DNA of 64,000 bases from an uncultured Thermoleophilia bacterium (GTDB lineage: Bacteria; Actinomycetota; Thermoleophilia; UBA2241): positions 346,243-410,242 of the forward strand of contig CAVPXV010000006.1 in NCBI GenBank assembly GCA_963709845.1, written 5' to 3'. Within the stretch, counting starts at the first letter, position 1. Every line of letters starts with the position of its first letter. The position numbers and the translations under genes were made by a program. Positions 38,188-47,661 of this stretch are shown one piece after another. The notes below the pieces were generated by a model. The model made no database searches. It saw only the letters and a list, made by a program, of their open reading frames with translations, and was not told where the DNA came from.

Positions 38188-40944
38188 CTACTTCACCGCG
38201 AACCTGCGCCACGTCGTCGTGACCGCGGCGGCGGTCCTGTTCGTCTTGGCGAGCGTCGCCCGCACGCGGTAGCTGCCCCGCCTGGTCGGCTTGAAGGTCG
38301 TCCAGCTGTAGACGCCGTTTGTGCCGATCTTGGCTGTGGCCGTGGACACCGGTACTGGGTGCCACTTGCCGCTGTAGAGTCGCTGCACCGTGAACGTGAC
38401 CTTGATGCGGCCGGCGAGGCTGGTGGGGGTCACCTTGCCTGTGGCCGTCAGGCGCTTGCCGAGCCTGAAGGCGCCGCTCGTGAGGCCGCTCAGCTTGAGC
38501 GACAGCGTGGGCACCGGCACGATGACCCTGCGGTAGATGCCGGCGTTCACCGTGGTGGTCGCGGCGAGGGCAGTCCGGGCCGAACCGCTGCTCGCTGCTG
38601 CCAGTCCGCCGGAAGTGGCTGCGTAGAGGACCGTGTGGTCGCTCACGGCGGCGGAGCCCAGGGCCAGGATCTGGAGCCGACCGAGGAGCCCTGCAGCCCG
38701 CGTCCATCTGTCTCCTCCGTCGCTCGAGAAGTAGAGGCCGCTCGAATCGGCGGCGTAGAGGCGGGTGGAGTCGCCGCCGGCGAACAGGTAGCGGTTGCCG
38801 GGCGAGCCCTGCGTCCGCTGCCACGTCGCGCCGCCGTCGAGGGAACGGTAGGCCCCGGTCTGGGCCGCGACGAACAGCATGTGCCGGGGATGGGTGGCGA
38901 TGGCGATCGTCTGCGAGCCCCGCATGCCAGTCGTGCGGTCATCGATCCGGGCCCAGTTCGTTCCGTCGTCGGTGCTCTTGTAGATCCCCGTGCCTGGGGT
39001 CGTACTCCCGGCACCTCCGGTCACGACGTAGGCCAGCCCCGGAGTCCTGGGGTCGAAGGCGATGTCGGTGATCCGCGCCACGGACGGCATGGAGACAGGC
39101 TGCCACGAGGTGCCGGAGTCGCTGCTCGCGTAGAGGTAGCCGGGACCAGTGAGGTAGGCACCGGTATCGAGCGCGACCAGCAGATGGCCAGCCTGGAACG
39201 GGTCGGCTGCCATGACCCAGAGGACCGCCCCGTCCGGCGCCGGCGAGGGCGCATTCCAGCCGAGGTCGAGCCAGGTGTCGCCGCCGTCCGTGCTCCTGTA
39301 GACGTCGGTGTGACTCACCGCGTAGACGACCTTGCCGTCGGTCGGGTCGGCGCGCACGACGGTCATGCTGGCGTAGTCTGAGCTGGCCTGCTGATAGGAC
39401 CAGGTGTCGGCGCCGTCCTCGCTGCGATAGACGCCTGGCCAGTTGCCGAAGGTGGCGAAGACCCGCAGCGAGTCGCTGGGCGAGACGTCCATGGAGCTGC
39501 AGGTCATCCCTGCGAGACCCTGGTCTGCGCTCTGCCAGGTCTGCCCGCCGTCAGTGGTCTTCTGTACCCCGTAGGTGCTGTCCCCGACGTAGCCGACCTG
39601 GCTGGGAGCCGGGTCGAAGAGCGGCGCCGTGTTGCCCGTGAGCGGACCGAACGGCTGCCAGTCGGCCCCGGCCGCGTCGTCGTTCGAGGTCCAGTGAGAG
39701 AGGTACACTGAGTCTGGGGCCACGAAGGTGATGCCGGTGTTCAGGCTGTAAGGCGGGGTCACGTCCTGCCAGCCGGAGAGGGCCGCGTCCGTGCTCTTGA
39801 AGACCGCGTCGGGGACCATCGAGTCGATCCACACCTCGCCGGGGTGGTTGGGGTTGTAGGCGAGCGTCTCGTTGAAGCCGATGCTGGCGACGGCGGGACT
39901 GGCGACCTGGCTCCAGGTCTTGCCCGCGTCGCTCGAGTGGTAGACGCGCGCGTCACGGGTCAGGAGCACCATCTCGGAGGTGCTGCCGGGTTCGAAGGCC
40001 ACGTCTTCGACGCTGACCCCGTCCAGACTCTTGACGATCGTCCAGGTCGATCCGCCGTCGGAAGACCTGATGAGTCCCTCTGCGTCGCTGCTGGTGCCGC
40101 TCTCGAGCGATTCGCGGTAGGAGCCGACGAAGAGCACCTGCGGGTCAGAGGGCGAGGGATAGACCTGACCGTGGTCGATCTGGCGTCCGTCGGGCCAGGT
40201 GCTGTTCATCACCAGGGTCCAGGTGTCGCCTTGGTCCTTCGACACCTCCACGCCCTTGAAGCTGAAGGCCCAGAGCCAGTCCGGGTGCTGCGGATCGACG
40301 GCCAGCCTGTAGTTGCCGAGGGGGAGGGCGAGACCGACGTGCGTCCAGTGCGCGCCGGCATCGGTGCTGCGGAACAGGCCGAGAAGCCCGTAGGCCGGAG
40401 CGTAAAGCGTCTTCGGGTCGCCGGGCTTCATGAGCACCTGGTGCACGTCGCCGCCGTAGAGGTCGCCGCCGTTCCACGTGCCGAGGCCCTGCGTGACCGT
40501 GAAGGCGCCGGGCAGAGGCCCGGAGCCGCCGTCGGGGTTGACGACAGTGAGCGCGTAGAGACCGGGGTCCATGCCCCAGGGCACCGTGGCGGTCAGGGTC
40601 GTGCTGTCGACGTAGGTCAGGTTGGTCAGGGGCGTGCCATTGAGAGTGGCCGTCGGCGCGGTCAGCACGATCGTGCCGGTGCCGTCCATGACGGCCGCGA
40701 AGCCAGAACCGGTGATCGTGACCGGCGTGTCGATGTCGTTGGGCGCGGAGACTGGGGCGAGGGCGCTCACGGTCGGGGCGATCCCATCGGCTGGAGCGGC
40801 CCAGACCGGGACGAGCGTGCTTGAGGCCGGACCTGGGCTCGTTTCGCTGACGTTCGAGGGCGTGCGCGGAGTGGCTGCGGCGGCTCCGCCCAGGGCGAGC
40901 ATCAATAGACCACTGAGGACGAGGGAGAGAGGAAACGTCTTCAT
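38188..40944 (-). CDS. Large secreted protein: IPT/TIG domain, BNR/Asp-box beta-propeller repeats, C-terminal beta-sandwich
   Basis: Signal peptide; VTITGSGF...VVNPDG; more than 10 S/TxDxGxTW-type boxes; basic beta-rich tail. Confidence 0.85.
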   Translation of the reverse strand: MKTFPLSLVLSGLLMLALGGAAAATPRTPSNVSETSPGPASSTLVPVWAAPADGIAPTVSALAPVSAPNDIDTPVTITGSGFAAVMDGTGTIVLTAPTATLNGTPLTNLTYVDSTTLTATVPWGMDPGLYALTVVNPDGGSGPLPGAFTVTQGLGTWNGGDLYGGDVHQVLMKPGDPKTLYAPAYGLLGLFRSTDAGAHWTHVGLALPLGNYRLAVDPQHPDWLWAFSFKGVEVSKDQGDTWTLVMNSTWPDGRQIDHGQVYPSPSDPQVLFVGSYRESLESGTSSDAEGLIRSSDGGSTWTIVKSLDGVSVEDVAFEPGSTSEMVLLTRDARVYHSSDAGKTWSQVASPAVASIGFNETLAYNPNHPGEVWIDSMVPDAVFKSTDAALSGWQDVTPPYSLNTGITFVAPDSVYLSHWTSNDDAAGADWQPFGPLTGNTAPLFDPAPSQVGYVGDSTYGVQKTTDGGQTWQSADQGLAGMTCSSMDVSPSDSLRVFATFGNWPGVYRSEDGADTWSYQQASSDYASMTVVRADPTDGKVVYAVSHTDVYRSTDGGDTWLDLGWNAPSPAPDGAVLWVMAADPFQAGHLLVALDTGAYLTGPGYLYASSDSGTSWQPVSMPSVARITDIAFDPRTPGLAYVVTGGAGSTTPGTGIYKSTDDGTNWARIDDRTTGMRGSQTIAIATHPRHMLFVAAQTGAYRSLDGGATWQRTQGSPGNRYLFAGGDSTRLYAADSSGLYFSSDGGDRWTRAAGLLGRLQILALGSAAVSDHTVLYAATSGGLAAASSGSARTALAATTTVNAGIYRRVIVPVPTLSLKLSGLTSGAFRLGKRLTATGKVTPTSLAGRIKVTFTVQRLYSGKWHPVPVSTATAKIGTNGVYSWTTFKPTRRGSYRVRATLAKTNRTAAAVTTTWRRFAVK

Positions 40945-41118
40945 GGCACGACCCCCCAGGTCGCGGTGCGCCCCGTCGCGGCCTCGGCGGCGGAGTGAGA
41001 CCCGCCTGACGCGGGGTCATGAGCCCAGCATACGCCAGCTCGCAGCGATAGCAACGACCGGGACGGAGGCTGGTCAGTCCCGCCGATCACACCAGACGAC
41101 GGCGATCGCTTGGCGCTC

Positions 41119-42027
41119 TCACGACGTGTCGCGAGACGCGATCCTCGTCCGCTTCCGCAGGAAGCGCACTGCTTCGAGCGCCGCGACCTGACCCTCGCCA
41201 ACGGCCTTCGCCGTCTGGTACGGCTCTCCCGTGCAGTCCCCCGCCGCGAAGACTCCGGACACGCTTGTCTCCATGCGCCGGCCGACGGTCACGTGGCGGC
41301 CGTCGGAGGCCAAGCCTTCGAGCAGGGTGCGCGGAGAGACGCTGTTCTTGTAGATGAACACCGCGTCGACCTGCAGCTCCTCGTCGGGGAACGACACTCG
41401 CACGTGGCCGTCCCCTCGCGCCAGTCGTGTCGGTCGCGCTCCCGCCAGCACGGCCACGCCATCCGGGAGGCGGTACTCACCCCGGTACAGGGGCACGTAG
41501 GTGACTGCGACCCCGTAGTCCTCCGCGAGGGCCGATGCCTCCTCCTCACCCTCGGGCGCGTAGCTGATGAAGGCCGCCCGTCGCCCCGCGAACAGCCTGC
41601 CGTCGCAGGTCACGCAGTAGCTCACCCCCTGACCCACGAGTTCCTCCTCACCCTCTATCTCCGCTTCGCGGTAGACTCCCGTGGCGAGCACCACCGCGCG
41701 GGCGTGGTAGACCTCCCGCTCGCTGAAGACGACGAACTCGTCGTCGGCGCGGATGATCTTCGATACCTTCTCTGCGATGAGCGGCACGTCGAACTCGTCG
41801 AGGTGGCGCATGAACGCCGCCGCCAGCTGCTCTCCGCTCACCGAGGTGAAGCCAGGGTAGTTCGCGATGGCGTGCGCCTTACGGACACGACCGAACGGTG
41901 CCTGCCCGCCCAACAGGGCCACGGTGCGTTTGCGGTTGGCCACATTGATGGCGGCTGAGATACCCGCCGGCCCCGACCCCGCGACGATGACATCGTAGTC
42001 TGACGACTTGCCCGCAGGCTCCCCCAT
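41119..42027 (-). CDS. Thioredoxin reductase-like flavoprotein lacking the NADPH-binding motif
   Basis: GSGPAG, GVSYCVTCDG, FAAGDCTG; the usual GGGxxA position reads ISYAPEGEEEA. Confidence 0.85.
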   Translation of the reverse strand: MGEPAGKSSDYDVIVAGSGPAGISAAINVANRKRTVALLGGQAPFGRVRKAHAIANYPGFTSVSGEQLAAAFMRHLDEFDVPLIAEKVSKIIRADDEFVVFSEREVYHARAVVLATGVYREAEIEGEEELVGQGVSYCVTCDGRLFAGRRAAFISYAPEGEEEASALAEDYGVAVTYVPLYRGEYRLPDGVAVLAGARPTRLARGDGHVRVSFPDEELQVDAVFIYKNSVSPRTLLEGLASDGRHVTVGRRMETSVSGVFAAGDCTGEPYQTAKAVGEGQVAALEAVRFLRKRTRIASRDTS

Positions 42028-42090
42028 GAAGTCCCTCCCTCTCGTATCCCGAGTCCTCGTCGGCTGGAGCTCACCTCGACGGGCAGTCTT

Positions 42091-42372
42091 CTACGCCCCC
42101 GCGTCCGGCGGCTGTGGAACGACGATCGTCGCGGCATCGGCAGGCTTCAGGTCGAGCATCTCCTGGGACGCTCGATTGATCTCGCGGGCTACGACGTCGA
42201 GCGGGTCCTGCACGTTGAAATCTCCCTTGGTCGTCAGAATGAGGGTGTCACGATACTCGTTACTCGTGCCGACACCCGGACGCCCGAAGTGCTTCTCCTC
42301 GCGCAAGGCGATCACATAATGCGGGTTTATGTAGACCGGGGACCCATTGACGTCCCTGAACTCGATGAGCAT
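42091..42372 (-). CDS. Small protein, FlbD/SwrD-like
   Basis: MLIEFRDVNGSPVYINPHYVIAL...DTLILTTKGDFNVQDPLDVVAREI; GAGGAG RBS. Confidence 0.55.
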   Translation of the reverse strand: MLIEFRDVNGSPVYINPHYVIALREEKHFGRPGVGTSNEYRDTLILTTKGDFNVQDPLDVVAREINRASQEMLDLKPADAATIVVPQPPDAGA

Positions 42373-42498
42373 GGTGCGCTACTCCTCACGGGTCGTGTCA
42401 GTGATGCTGCGAGGGTTGTATTGCCGGCGTAGCCTCTCTCGATTGCGGTGGCGCCGTTGCCCGAGCGCCCTGCGGCATCAGGGCGTGCTCGATCCTCA

Positions 42499-43821
42499 TC
42501 ACCCGGCGGGCAGCTGATGCCGAGCAAGGGCGAACCTGACGAAGCGCGATTGCAGCTGCTCGCTTGCGAGCAGCTTCTGTGCAGGCGGCAGCGACAGAAT
42601 GGCCCCCAGGACGGCGTTGGCGAACGCCGGTCCTCGCCCCGCCGTGCCGTCCACGAGCAGGTCCGCCAGCCTCCCCCGCTCCAGCATCCGTCTGGCGAGG
42701 TACTCAACAGCGTTCAGCGGGACATGGGGCGCTCGCGGGCGCCGGACCATCGTCAAGGTGTCTTGGAGACACGCCTCGACGCAGACGCCGCAGCCGAGGC
42801 AGCGATCGAGGTCGACGTCGCTGAGCAGGCGCGTCGCGGCCTTGCCTCCGTCGCTCGGACGAGCGCCTTCGGGCACGAGCGAGATGGCCTGAACGGGACA
42901 GGCCCGCACACATCCGCCGCAACCGGTGCACCGATGACGGTCGAATCTGGGTTGGAAGGCGCTTGGCTGCATCACCGCCATGCCGTTCTGAGCCGAACGG
43001 AGCTCGACGCAGCAACATGCGCAGCAGCTGCAGATGTAGCTCAGCTCCCGCTGCACGTTGTCCGCGATGTGTACGAGGCCGTGCTCCCGAGCGGCCTCGA
43101 GGAGCTCGCGTCCCTCCTCTCTGCTGATCTGCCTGGCATGGCCGTGCCGGATGAGGTAGCGGGCCGCTACCCCCAGACTCATGCAGGTCTCCATGGGATA
43201 GTCGCACGCCGCGCCGAGGTGCATTGCCATATGGCGGCAGAAGCAATTCGTGACGGCCAAGGAGTCGGCCTTCTCCACATACGAGGTGGCTCGCTCCCAG
43301 TCGAGGACCTCCGGCAGGAGGTCGTTGAAGAGGGCGGTCTCCTGCACGAGGGTGCGGCTGACGAGCGTGGGGATACCCGAAACCTCCTCGTCGAACGCGC
43401 TGTCACCGGCCATGTAGGCCTCGTAGGCTCGGGCCAGGCGCGCCTTCGACAGTCCGTCGTTCAGGCGCATCATGGAGAGCTCGAAGAAGCCCACGACCGG
43501 AGGCGCGAGCATGTACGTCGTCGCGCCGCTCCGCGCATCGTGCAGGTCCAGGACGAGCCCCTTGCCGGCCATCGCCTCAAGCCGGGCGCGGAGGCCGCCT
43601 GCGTCCATGCCGGTGCGTCGGGCAAGGTCCGCGACGGTGGCGGGAATGACCGGCAGGCGAGCGGCAAGTGCGGCATCGTCGGGCGAGAAGAGGGTCTCGA
43701 GGATCTCCCGCCAGGCTCGTTTCGCGGCCGGATCCCGCGGCTCCACCATGGCAACGGGCCCTCGCAGCAATCGCTTCGCCAGATCTTGATGAGCGTGCCC
43801 CAGGCTCGCTACGTGTCCCAT
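42499..43821 (-). CDS. Cys-rich 4Fe-4S binding protein
   Basis: NCFCRH, CSCCACCC, CTGCGGCVRACP, CLGCGVCVEAC. Confidence 0.85.
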   Translation of the reverse strand: MGHVASLGHAHQDLAKRLLRGPVAMVEPRDPAAKRAWREILETLFSPDDAALAARLPVIPATVADLARRTGMDAGGLRARLEAMAGKGLVLDLHDARSGATTYMLAPPVVGFFELSMMRLNDGLSKARLARAYEAYMAGDSAFDEEVSGIPTLVSRTLVQETALFNDLLPEVLDWERATSYVEKADSLAVTNCFCRHMAMHLGAACDYPMETCMSLGVAARYLIRHGHARQISREEGRELLEAAREHGLVHIADNVQRELSYICSCCACCCVELRSAQNGMAVMQPSAFQPRFDRHRCTGCGGCVRACPVQAISLVPEGARPSDGGKAATRLLSDVDLDRCLGCGVCVEACLQDTLTMVRRPRAPHVPLNAVEYLARRMLERGRLADLLVDGTAGRGPAFANAVLGAILSLPPAQKLLASEQLQSRFVRFALARHQLPAG

Positions 43822-44142
43822 GACCTCTCCCTCTCTATGGGCACCATGGTAAACCCTGTCCGCTGGTGCATCGCTGGTCTGCCGCTGCAGAACCACGACC
43901 GGCGGAGCAGACCCTCCCAGAACCCAAAGCGTTCGTGGAACCGCTCAAACCTCGGGTTCGGGCTCGGCGCGTCGTCCGGGCGAGCCGCCGAGAGTACTCA
44001 TGGTTCAGCATGCGGGCCCGGCGGACTCTCCACGCGACACGGTACCTGCCGCGGCCCTGCGCCTAACGCGAAAGGCCGTTCAGCAGCGCTCACCGGCTAC
44101 GGGCGGCGATTCTCCTGAGGCGGCGGCGGGAAGCAAGGAGGA

Positions 44143-45087
44143 ATGGCGACCGACACAGATCTCTTCCCGGGCCAGTGGCAGCCGCAGGTGGTCCTCATGG
44201 CGGCGCTCGAGGTCGGCCTCATCGAGGCGCTCCTCGAGCGACCACGGCCGGCGGCGGAGGTGGCCCGGAACATGGCGCTGGACGAGCGCGCCACGCTGCG
44301 CGTGGTCCGCGTGCTCGTCGACGCCGGCTATCTCGAAGAGCGGGCCGGCGGCGTGGTCGTGGCGCCGGACGTCCGGGCTTTCCTGGATGCAAACGACGAG
44401 GCCTTCGTCGGCGACAGACTGCTCCATTTCCACAGCCTGCTCGCCCGATGGGTGCAGTTGCCCGAGGTCCTGCGCCACGGCGGCCCGGCGCACGCTGAGC
44501 GCACGGCGCAGTCTCTGCGGGCGTTCATCGGTACCATGCGCGTCGGCGCTCTCGAGCGGGCACGGCCACTGGCCGATCAGCTCGCAGCATTGTTCCCGGC
44601 AACGAAGAGCGTTCTCGACATCGGCGGCGGGCCGGGCACGCAGGCACACGCCTTCCAGCATCACGGCTGGCAGGTGACGGTGCTCGACTTCCCCGAGGTG
44701 ATCGACCTGATGGCGGATGACCTCGCGGAGGCCGGCATCGCCACGATCAAGGCCGACGCGACGCAGGGCATTCCAGCCCAGGACTTCGACCTCGTCCATT
44801 GCGGCAATCTCTTCCACTCGATGTCATCCGAGGAATGCGCAGTCGTCGTGAGAGGAGCCGCCGGTGCCCTTGCCCCCGGAGGAGCCCTGGCGATCTTCGA
44901 CTTCCTCCGCGGCAAGGGCCTGCGTTCGTCGCTCTTCGCCGTGAATATGCTCGTCGCGACGAGCGCCGGAGACGTCTACGCCGACGAGGACTATCAGCGC
45001 TGGTGTGCAGCCGCAGGCCTGCGGGACTTCGCCGTTCACGAGGTCCCTGGGCAGACGCAATGGCTGCTCACGGCCACCAAGGCCTGA
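44143..45087 (+). CDS. SAM-dependent O-methyltransferase (Methyltransf_2 with dimerisation domain)
   Basis: VLDIGGGPG, VLDFPEV, GNLFH, LAPGG; AAGGAGG RBS. Confidence 0.88.
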   Translation: MATDTDLFPGQWQPQVVLMAALEVGLIEALLERPRPAAEVARNMALDERATLRVVRVLVDAGYLEERAGGVVVAPDVRAFLDANDEAFVGDRLLHFHSLLARWVQLPEVLRHGGPAHAERTAQSLRAFIGTMRVGALERARPLADQLAALFPATKSVLDIGGGPGTQAHAFQHHGWQVTVLDFPEVIDLMADDLAEAGIATIKADATQGIPAQDFDLVHCGNLFHSMSSEECAVVVRGAAGALAPGGALAIFDFLRGKGLRSSLFAVNMLVATSAGDVYADEDYQRWCAAAGLRDFAVHEVPGQTQWLLTATKA

Positions 45088-45116
45088 CACGGGAGCCTGA
45101 GCGACCGCGCCTAGGG

Positions 45117-46228
45117 TGTCCTGTCCCAGGTTAGCGTTGACACCTGGAGGTCAGCGTGACCCTGGTCGAAGCCCACGAAGAAGGTGCACCCTTGCCCTGT
45201 TGTGTCCGCAACGGGGCGAAGGAGTGCACCATGACCAATCATGCCATCGTCTGGCGTTTCCGGCGACAGGTGCTGCTCGAGGCGGCGCGTCTCGGCAACG
45301 TCAGCGAGGCCTGCCGCCGCGCCGGCGTCTCGCGCACCACCTACTACCGCTGGCTGCGCCGCTACCTGGCCTACGGCGCAGACGGCCTTGCGCCCAAGCA
45401 GGGGCGCCCGGCGCGGGGCCGGGCACGCCTCAGCCAGCAGGCCGAGCAGGCGGTGCTCGCCTACGCCCTCGCACACCCGACGCACGGGCCGCAGCGCATC
45501 GCCGACGAGCTCGCCGGCGAGCGCTACGGCGCGCTTGCCGTCTCGCGCATGAGCGTCTGGCGCCTGCTGCGCCGCCGCGGCCTCGGCTCGCGCTCGCGGC
45601 GCCTGGCCGCCCTCGAGGGCTTCGCGCTCGGCGAGCAGGGCCTGCTCTGCGAGGGACGACGCCGGCGCCTCGAGCGCCACATCGAGGCCTCGCGGCCGGG
45701 GGAGCTGCTCTGCCTCGACTCCTTCTACGTCGGCAACCTCAAGGGCGTCGGGAGGATCTGGCAGGTGACGGCGATCGACGCCTTCTCGGCCGTGGGCTGG
45801 GCGCTGCTCACGGTGGGCGAGCTGCCCGCGGCGGTCGTGCGCCTGCTCGAGGGGCGCGTGCTGCCCGACTGCGCCGCGGCCGGCCACGTCCCCGAGCGCG
45901 TGCTCACCGACAACGGCAACGAGTATCGCAGCCGCCTGCTCGCCGTCTTCCTTGCCGGGCGCGGCATCGCCCAGCGCCGCACCCGTGTCGGGCGGCCGCA
46001 GAGCAACGGCTTCGTCGAGCGCTTCCAGGGCACCATCTTGCACGAGTTCTACCGCATCGCCTTCCGCCGGGCGCGCTACGCCTCGCTGGCCACCCTGCAA
46101 GCCGATCTCGACGTGTTCGTCGAGGACTACAATCGCCATCGCGCCCACCACGGCTACCGCACCAGAGGCCGGCGCCCCATCGAGCTCTTCGAGACACGAA
46201 CCTGCAACAGCTGAACTGGGACTGGACA
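45117..46228 (+). mobile_element. IS481 family insertion sequence, 1112 bp
   Basis: TGT...ACA ends; IRL TGTCCTGTCCCAGGTTAGC vs reverse-complemented IRR TGTCCAGTCCCAGTTCAGC; flanking direct repeat GCCTAGGG (45109-45116, 46229-46236). Confidence 0.93.
45231..46214 (+). CDS. IS481 family DDE transposase
   Basis: HTH NVSEACRRAGVSRTTYYRW; LCLD, LTDNG, SNGFVER; YNRHRAH. Confidence 0.95.
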   Translation: MTNHAIVWRFRRQVLLEAARLGNVSEACRRAGVSRTTYYRWLRRYLAYGADGLAPKQGRPARGRARLSQQAEQAVLAYALAHPTHGPQRIADELAGERYGALAVSRMSVWRLLRRRGLGSRSRRLAALEGFALGEQGLLCEGRRRRLERHIEASRPGELLCLDSFYVGNLKGVGRIWQVTAIDAFSAVGWALLTVGELPAAVVRLLEGRVLPDCAAAGHVPERVLTDNGNEYRSRLLAVFLAGRGIAQRRTRVGRPQSNGFVERFQGTILHEFYRIAFRRARYASLATLQADLDVFVEDYNRHRAHHGYRTRGRRPIELFETRTCNS

Positions 46229-46244
46229 GCCTAGGGCGGGGCTT

Positions 46245-46505
46245 CTAGACGGCTGTCTCCTTCTGCGCCTCTTCGGCGGCGCCCTCAGTGGACCACGGCG
46301 TCACGCGCCAGCGACCAGTGCGATCGCGAGTCCAATGGTAGGCCGGGAGCGTCCAGTCATCGCGCTTGACGTAGGCAGCCACCGCGGCCGCCACGACCGT
46401 CAGCGCCGACGCCAGGAACGCCATGAACATGATCATCATGGCTACAGCCGTGATGATCGCCGTCACCGGTCCGAGAAGCATCCAGAGAGTGGCCTTGGAC
46501 CTCAT
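46245..46505 (-). CDS. Small membrane hypothetical protein
   Basis: Long hydrophobic N-terminus; AAAGGGG RBS. Confidence 0.6.
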   Translation of the reverse strand: MRSKATLWMLLGPVTAIITAVAMMIMFMAFLASALTVVAAAVAAYVKRDDWTLPAYHWTRDRTGRWRVTPWSTEGAAEEAQKETAV

Positions 46506-46638
46506 GCTGTCGACCCCTTTCTCGACTGCCGGAATCGCGGCCACGACAAAGCGCCCGCGATCGATCACGCCAATCCTATCCCGCTGCCTCACAGCGAAAA
46601 CCTTGCGTAGCCGTATGTGAGATCTCCAGACGCTGTGA

Positions 46639-47661
46639 TCAAGACAGAACCTCGAGCAACGATTCATCCTGAGTGGGCGCGAAGCGGCCGCGAGTTCCCC
46701 GGCGATCACTTCCACGATGGCCGTCCTCTCCTTGATCGCTGGCTCCCCGCACTGCCGCTACGACGACATCCGGATGGGTCGCGTGCAGGGCGTGTCCGCC
46801 GTCGGGCACCACGACGAGCGTGGACCGTGCGAGACGCTCGTGGAAGTACCGGGCCTCGTTGACGCTCGCGAGAGCGTCTCCGCGGCCCACAAGCACAGTG
46901 ACGTGTACCGGGAGTCGGCCGTAGCGCCGAGCCAGCACGCGAAGCTCGCTGGCGGATCGACACAGCTCCCCAGGAGCGTAGCGGAACGTGCGCGGCTTGA
47001 GCGCCATCGCGAGAGCGGCTTTCGCGTAGGAGGAGGGCACGGGCTGCGGCGAGCAGGCCTTCTTGAGGAGCCTCCGGCCCACTATCCTGCCGAGCGGGAC
47101 CAGTAGCGTGTTGCTCGAGACGCCGGCGATCAGCGGACGCCTGGCGAAGAACGCGAGTGGCCCGACGTGGGCTCGGCAGGGCATGACGTGACCGGCTATG
47201 GTGACGACTCCAGCCACATCCTCGGGATAGGCATCCGCGTAGGCGATGGCCACGGCGGCGCCAAGCGAGTAGCCGACGACCAGCGGCCGCTTCAGACCCA
47301 GCTTCAGCGCGGCGGCGTGAAGCTGTCTGGCCTCGGCGAACAGCGACTGCCCGTCGTCGGGTAGCCGATCGCTGTAGCCATTGCCCGGGCGGTCGAACGC
47401 GATGACGCGGTGGTCGCGAGCGAGGCCTTCGCTGATCGAGACCTCGAAATCGTAGGCTGAGCCTCTCAAGCCGTGGATGAGGATGACCGGCCGGCCCCGA
47501 CCCCGGTCGAGGTAGTGGAGCCACACCCCCTCGACGCAGACGCTTCCGCCGGCGGGCGGGTAGTCAACTTCCGCCTTGCGAACGAGCTGCAGCGTGAGGA
47601 GTGCCGATCCCGCGAGGGCGATCGCGAAGATGGCGACCGCCGCCCCGATCCATGTCACCAT
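46639..47661 (-). CDS. Membrane-anchored alpha/beta hydrolase
   Basis: ILIHG, FDRPGNGYS, GYSLG, GGHALH. Confidence 0.87.
   Translation of the reverse strand: MVTWIGAAVAIFAIALAGSALLTLQLVRKAEVDYPPAGGSVCVEGVWLHYLDRGRGRPVILIHGLRGSAYDFEVSISEGLARDHRVIAFDRPGNGYSDRLPDDGQSLFAEARQLHAAALKLGLKRPLVVGYSLGAAVAIAYADAYPEDVAGVVTIAGHVMPCRAHVGPLAFFARRPLIAGVSSNTLLVPLGRIVGRRLLKKACSPQPVPSSYAKAALAMALKPRTFRYAPGELCRSASELRVLARRYGRLPVHVTVLVGRGDALASVNEARYFHERLARSTLVVVPDGGHALHATHPDVVVAAVRGASDQGEDGHRGSDRRGTRGRFAPTQDESLLEVLS

Noticed and set aside
38600-40400. Periodic similarity that could suggest a CRISPR or DNA repeat array
   Set aside because: It is protein-level Asp-box repetition in a coding gene; no identical spaced DNA repeats and no cas genes anywhere in the window
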